In this document: piece after piece, positions 59,477-64,000 of the stretch
Layout: every line of letters begins with the position of its first letter
How positions within the stretch are numbered: the first letter of the stretch is position 1
From: an uncultured Gemmataceae bacterium
GTDB lineage: Bacteria; Planctomycetota; Planctomycetia; Gemmatales; Gemmataceae
Reading direction: 5' to 3'
DNA: 64,000 nucleotides
Assembly (NCBI GenBank): GCA_963750165.1
Contig: CAVVPN010000011.1
Span: 96,001-160,000, forward strand
Notes under the pieces: generated by a model
The model's database searches: none
What the model saw: the letters and a program-made list of their open reading frames with translations, nothing else
What the model was told of the DNA's origin: nothing
Program-made: the position numbers and the translations under genes

Positions 59477-60064
59477 ATGCCACGCTTTCTCCGCTATCTG
59501 TTCAGCGCCGTCATCGTCGCACTACTGGTCGGCGGCCCGCTCATCTACGCACGACAGAAGCACACGCACCTGCGCAACCTCCAGGTCGTGCAGGAGGGCG
59601 TCCTCTACCGCAGCGGCCAGTTGACGCTGGACGGCCTGAAGCGCGTCGTCCACGACCACGGCATCCGAACCGTGGTGACGCTGCGCGACGGGGCGATCCC
59701 CGGCCAGACGCCGCCGGACGCCGATGAGGAAGCGTTCTGCCACAAGGAGGACATCCTGCACGTGCGCATTGCGCCGCGGCCCTGGTGGGCGGCCGACGGC
59801 TCCGTGCCCGCGGAGGTCGGCGTCAAGCGCTTCCTGGAGGTCATGAGCGACCCGAGCAACTATCCGGTGCTGGTCCACTGCTTTGCCGGCACGCACCGCA
59901 CCGGCGCTTACGTCGCCGTCTACCGCATGGAGTTCGACGGCCTGAGCAACCGCCAGGCCATCGCGGAACTGACCGTCAACGGCTACGCCAACCTCGGCGA
60001 GGAAATGGACCTGCTCGAATACCTGGAGCGCTACCAGCCGAGCGGCCGGCATCTGAAGAAGTGA
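59477..60064 (+). CDS. Tyrosine/dual-specificity phosphatase family protein with N-terminal anchor
   Basis: LYRSGQL, IRTVVTLR, PVLVHCFAGTHRTG (CX5R). Confidence 0.9.
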   Translation: MPRFLRYLFSAVIVALLVGGPLIYARQKHTHLRNLQVVQEGVLYRSGQLTLDGLKRVVHDHGIRTVVTLRDGAIPGQTPPDADEEAFCHKEDILHVRIAPRPWWAADGSVPAEVGVKRFLEVMSDPSNYPVLVHCFAGTHRTGAYVAVYRMEFDGLSNRQAIAELTVNGYANLGEEMDLLEYLERYQPSGRHLKK

Positions 60065-60073
60065 TAACTTTTC

Positions 60074-60116
60074 TGAGCCCGACGCGCCAGCGTCTCGCGC
60101 TGGCGCGTCGGGCTCA
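60074..60116. repeat. Family B palindrome between convergent genes
   Basis: TGAGCCCGACGCGCCAGCG-N5-CGCTGGCGCGTCGGGCTCA. Confidence 0.8.
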
Positions 60117-60122
60117 ACAGCA

Positions 60123-61007
60123 TTACTTCGCGATCGGCACCCGCACCTGCTCGGAATTAGCCCGCAGGCTGATGACCAGCGTCAGGTCCATCCCATTGGT
60201 GTTGATGCTGGCGTTGATGTTGGCGTTGAGTTCCACGTTGATGTGCGACTCGCCCAGGGTGCCGTCAATCGGCCCGTCCACCGTGAGTTTGAGGCTGAAC
60301 TTGCTGTCCTTGGTCGGCCCCTTGTCGCCGGAGTCGGTCGTGAACTGCGTGACGGGGAAGGTCATCGTCACCTCGTAGACACCGCACTGCTTGCCGTTTT
60401 TCTGATACGCCTTGAGCAGTTTGCCGGTGCCGGTGCTCTTGGCCGCATCGATCTCGACCTTGCCGTCCTTGCCGAATTCCTTGGCGAGAAAGGCCGTGTC
60501 CACCTTCCAGGTGTCGTCCACCTTGACCGCCTTGCGCGGCAGGAGCAGTGGGATGAGCTTGTGGAAGCCGCCCTTGTTGAACTCCTCGTTCAACTCCTCC
60601 GCCTCCTTGCCCACGATTTCCTCGTCGTTCTCGATCTGGAACTGGAATTTCCCGCCTTTTTTCTCGATGAGCAGCGTCTTGCCCTGGTAGGGCAGCGTCC
60701 GCCGTTCGCCCTTGACGATGCGGTCGGCGTGCTCGTACTGGCGCTTGACCTTCACCAGTTCGTCGCCGGCGCGCTCCAGGCCAACCTCGCGGAAGACGAA
60801 CTTGGTGATCTTCGTCTCCTTCGCCTCAAACTTGACGTTGTTGTCGCTGTCGAGGGCTTTGAATTCACCTTCATGGGTGCCATTGATCTTGACCTGGAAC
60901 TTGTCGCCCAGGCCGGGCCGCCCGATCTTGATAGCGTACTCCTGCGCCGGCGCCGCCAGCGGGCTGAGCGCCAGCGCCAGCGCCGCGATGCACCACGTCT
61001 TGCCCAT
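60123..61007 (-). CDS. Secreted hypothetical protein, paralogue of 61107..62000
   Basis: GAGGAG RBS; signal ending APA-QEY; LPYQGKT, ELNEEFNK, AKSTGTGKLLKAYQKNGKQ. Confidence 0.8.
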   Translation of the reverse strand: MGKTWCIAALALALSPLAAPAQEYAIKIGRPGLGDKFQVKINGTHEGEFKALDSDNNVKFEAKETKITKFVFREVGLERAGDELVKVKRQYEHADRIVKGERRTLPYQGKTLLIEKKGGKFQFQIENDEEIVGKEAEELNEEFNKGGFHKLIPLLLPRKAVKVDDTWKVDTAFLAKEFGKDGKVEIDAAKSTGTGKLLKAYQKNGKQCGVYEVTMTFPVTQFTTDSGDKGPTKDSKFSLKLTVDGPIDGTLGESHINVELNANINASINTNGMDLTLVISLRANSEQVRVPIAK

Positions 61008-61036
61008 CGTTGGTCTCCTCGGTGGCCACTCCCCTC

Positions 61037-61071
61037 GTGTTGTGGCCTGGTCTCCTGACCAGGCCACAACG
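61037..61071. repeat. GTGG-type palindrome
   Basis: GTTGTGGCCTGGTC-TCCT-GACCAGGCCACAAC. Confidence 0.75.
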
Positions 61072-61106
61072 CAAAGAGGCCGGCCGGTTTGGAATGTGGA
61101 GTGGGA

Positions 61107-62000
61107 TTACTCCGCCTCGGTTCGCGACTCCTCCACGGTGCCGCGCAGCACCACGGTCAGGGTGAGCTTCTGGCCATTGTTGTCGAACTCGGCGCGCACA
61201 TCGCTCGTCCAGGTGGACTGCGTGGCCGATTGCTCGCGCGTGCCGTCGGTGCAAGCGTTCGTGACCGTTTTCAGGCGCAAGTTGCTGTCCCGACACGGCG
61301 TCTTGATGCCGTTCTGCGGGTCCACCAGATGCGTGATGGGGAAGTCCATGACGGTCTCGATGACGCCGTACTGCCGGCCGTCCTTGCGGTACGCCCTGAG
61401 CAGCCGGGAGGTGCCGGTGCTTTTGGCGTCGTCCAGGGCGAAGTTGCAGCTTTTGGCGATCGCGCGCGCGACGGGATCTACATCCAACGTCCAGGGGTCG
61501 CCGACCTTTACCGGGTTCTTCGGTAAAAAGAAGTCGCGATTTAGGCTTTTCAGATTACTCTTGTTAAATTCATCATGCAACTCGTCCGCGTCCTTGCCGT
61601 CCAGCAGTTCGCCGCCGACGATGCGAAAGCTGTACTTCCCCTCCTTTTTGTCCAGGATGACCGTCTTGCCCTGGTAAGGCAGCGTCTCCTTGACGCCATC
61701 GACGGCGCGCTCGGCTTTCTTGTATTCGCGCTTGAGGCTGGTGAACTGCACGGCGCCGTCCGCTTTGGCGAGGCCGGTTTCGCGGTAGGTGAACGTCAGT
61801 GCGCGGGCTGCCTTTTTGCTCTGCACGGCGTTGCTGCCGCCGTCGCTCAGCTTGAACTCCAGCTTGAACTGATCGTGCCGCTTGACCGCGACAGCAGCGT
61901 CCGTGGCCGCCTGCTTGAGTTTGAGCGTGTACTCCTGAGCCGGCGCCGTCGCGGTCAGCACCAGCACCAGTGCCATCGACAGCCCATGGGTTCGCGGCAT
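61107..62000 (-). CDS. Secreted hypothetical protein
   Basis: Signal ending APA-QEY; LPYQGKT, ELHDEFNK, AKSTGTSRLLRAYRKDGRQ. Confidence 0.8.
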   Translation of the reverse strand: MPRTHGLSMALVLVLTATAPAQEYTLKLKQAATDAAVAVKRHDQFKLEFKLSDGGSNAVQSKKAARALTFTYRETGLAKADGAVQFTSLKREYKKAERAVDGVKETLPYQGKTVILDKKEGKYSFRIVGGELLDGKDADELHDEFNKSNLKSLNRDFFLPKNPVKVGDPWTLDVDPVARAIAKSCNFALDDAKSTGTSRLLRAYRKDGRQYGVIETVMDFPITHLVDPQNGIKTPCRDSNLRLKTVTNACTDGTREQSATQSTWTSDVRAEFDNNGQKLTLTVVLRGTVEESRTEAE

Positions 62001-62024
62001 GGGGGCCTCTTTTCAAACAAGACG

Positions 62025-62077
62025 GAGCCCGAGCGCCAGTGCGGGGCCAGGCAGGCCTCGCGCTGGCGCTCGGGCTC
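62025..62077. repeat. Family B palindrome
   Basis: GAGCCCGAGCGCCAGTGCGGGGCC...GGCCTCGCGCTGGCGCTCGGGCTC. Confidence 0.8.
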
Positions 62078-62102
62078 GGACCATCCACGTACATGGAATC
62101 GG

Positions 62103-64000
62103 TCACGTCCCGCGGCCGGCCAACCGCTTCAGCGCCGCCTGGGCCTCCTCGCGCAGGAAGTCCTCCGGCCCGCGCTGGCCGATGCTCTCCAGCAGCGACC
62201 GCGCCTCGGCCGTGTTCACCTGCTCCAGCACTTCAATGAAGCGGTACAGCCGCATCCGCTCCTGCAGCAGCGACAGGCCGCCCTTGTCGCGGATCTTTTC
62301 CAGCAGCTGCACCACGCGCCGCCGCACCTCGTCCGACGGCGGCTTCTCCAGTGCCTTGTCCAGCACGCCCTCGACCCAGCGGCCCTTGGCGGCGAGCCAC
62401 TTTTGCGCCTTCTCGCGCGTGACGAACTTGTTGCTGTTCAGGTCGTTCAGGTTCTTCAGCACCTCCTGCGGGTCCACCAGGTAGATGTTGCGACCCAGAT
62501 GATCCGGCGACTGCTTGCGGGCGGCCACCAGCGTCCACAGCGCCTTCTCCGCCTTCGGGTTGTCCTCCGAGGCCAGCTCCTTCCACAACGCATCCAGTTC
62601 CGCGTCCGGCAGTTTCACGTCGTCCAGCACCTTGCCGCCGGTGCGGTCCCAGAGCAGCAGCGTCGTGTCGGCGCTGCCCGAGAGCACCGTGCGGCCCGCC
62701 AGCGCCGCCGACACCGCCGTCACCGGCCCCAGGTGTCCCTTCCATTCGTAGATCGGCCGGGCGTTCAGCACCTCCCAGACGCGCACCGTTTTGTCATGGC
62801 TGCCCGAGATCAGCGTGCGGTTGTTGGCGGCGAACGCCACGGCGAACACGGCACTGGTGTGGCCCTCGAAAATCTGCGGCTCCGTGGCGGCGGAGACATA
62901 CTCGCCCTTCTCGTCCTTGCCAACATTCCAGACATGGACGGTCGCGTCGTAGTTGCCGACCGCCAGCTGCCGGTCGTTACCGGCGAACGCCAGCGCTGCC
63001 ACGCGCTGCGGCTTGCCCAGCGCTTTTTCCACCTTGCCGGAGGCCACGTCCCACAGCACCACCTTGTCCCAGCCAGCCCCCGCCAGGCGCTTGCCGCTGG
63101 GCGAGAACGCCAGCGCCTCGACGCCGCCCTTGTACTCCAGGTCCACCGTCTTGTTGCCGTCCAGCGCGAACAGCCGCACCAGGTTCTGCCGGAAACCCAG
63201 CGCCAGCAACTTGCCGTTCGGCGCCAGCGCCAGCGACTTCAACAGCACCGGCTCCTTGAGCGCGATGCTCTTGATCTCCTTGCCGGCCGGCACCTGCCAC
63301 AGACGGATGGGCTGGCCAATGCTCGCCGACACCAGCGTTTTGCCGTCCGCCGCGAACGCCAGCAGCACCTCGCCGTGATGGCCGCCGGCCAGCTTTTTCA
63401 ACTCACGGCCAGTGTTCGCGTCCCACAGCCAGAGCTCGCCGGTCAGACTCGCCGACGCGATTAACTTGCCGTCCGGCGAGTACGCCGCGGCAGTGACGCC
63501 GGCGCTGTGGCTGTCCGCCGCGGTCAGTTCCTTGCCGTCCGGCAGGCTCCAGCGGCGAATGACGTTGTTCGTGCCCGCCGACGCCACCGTCTTGCCATCC
63601 GGGCTCACCGCCTGCGCCTCGCTGTCGCCGCGGTCGCGCACGATCTTCTTCGTCTCCGCCTTCTTGGCCACGTCCCAAAGGCGGATGGTCCCGTCGAGCG
63701 CCCCAGACACCAACGTCTTGCCGTCGTCGATGAAGGCGAGCGAGACAACGGTGTCGGTGTGGCCCTTGAGCTGGCCGGTCTGCTTCAGCGTGGCGTAGTC
63801 CCACAGCCGGATGGTGTTGTCGTCGCCGGCGGAGGCCAGCGTCTTTTGGTTGGGCGTCAGCGCGAGGGCGTAGACGGCGCAGCCGGCCTTGACCGGTTCG
63901 GGCGGCCTGTCCTCCCACTGCCGCAGCGTGTAGTCGCAGCCGCCGGTGGTCACCGTCCGCGCCTTGGGGCCGAACACCGCGGCGTTCACCTCGTCCTGGT
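62103..64000 (-). CDS. WD40-repeat protein with C-terminal HEAT-like domain (5' end outside the window)
   Basis: GH...WD repeats; EVLEQVNTAEARSLL...EAQAALKRL; frame open to the window edge. Confidence 0.9.
   Translation of the reverse strand, partial: QDEVNAAVFGPKARTVTTGGCDYTLRQWEDRPPEPVKAGCAVYALALTPNQKTLASAGDDNTIRLWDYATLKQTGQLKGHTDTVVSLAFIDDGKTLVSGALDGTIRLWDVAKKAETKKIVRDRGDSEAQAVSPDGKTVASAGTNNVIRRWSLPDGKELTAADSHSAGVTAAAYSPDGKLIASASLTGELWLWDANTGRELKKLAGGHHGEVLLAFAADGKTLVSASIGQPIRLWQVPAGKEIKSIALKEPVLLKSLALAPNGKLLALGFRQNLVRLFALDGNKTVDLEYKGGVEALAFSPSGKRLAGAGWDKVVLWDVASGKVEKALGKPQRVAALAFAGNDRQLAVGNYDATVHVWNVGKDEKGEYVSAATEPQIFEGHTSAVFAVAFAANNRTLISGSHDKTVRVWEVLNARPIYEWKGHLGPVTAVSAALAGRTVLSGSADTTLLLWDRTGGKVLDDVKLPDAELDALWKELASEDNPKAEKALWTLVAARKQSPDHLGRNIYLVDPQEVLKNLNDLNSNKFVTREKAQKWLAAKGRWVEGVLDKALEKPPSDEVRRRVVQLLEKIRDKGGLSLLQERMRLYRFIEVLEQVNTAEARSLLESIGQRGPEDFLREEAQAALKRLAGRGT

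Noticed and set aside
57814..59727. 637-aa membrane protein overlapping the phosphatase
   Set aside because: The extension comes from the frameshift near 59157 and reads through a repeat hairpin

Overview
GC-rich bacterial chromosomal window. Gene content points to a planctomycete, probably Gemmataceae-like (inference from DUF1501, DUF1549/DUF1553, several WD40 proteins, Uma2 and a Cys/Gly-rich secreted protein). It holds about 60 CDS, including tmk-holB, a gcvT-gcvH-gcvPA-gcvPB-lipoyl ligase operon, pxpA/pxpC, HU/IHF, a DUF4198-cbiM-CbiL-like Ni/Co uptake cluster, two toxin-antitoxin loci, a REP-associated tyrosine transposase (RAYT) and tRNA-Arg(CCG). The best candidate system is a SAM-I riboswitch-led operon on the minus strand (50360 to 45199): threonine-synthase-like PLP enzyme, MoaD/ThiS-like sulfur carrier, unknown acidic protein, ThiF/MoeB, Uma2 and cysteine desulfurase. 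This looks like a sulfur-carrier-dependent homocysteine/methionine route rather than threonine synthesis. Intergenic DNA is dense with palindromic REP-like families, short-tandem-repeat hairpins and two non-palindromic dispersed repeats. At least 14 genes, including essential tmk, carry single-base frameshifts. These are most likely long-read assembly errors, so those genes are reported as joined CDS. All calls come from reading motifs by eye; no database searches were run.
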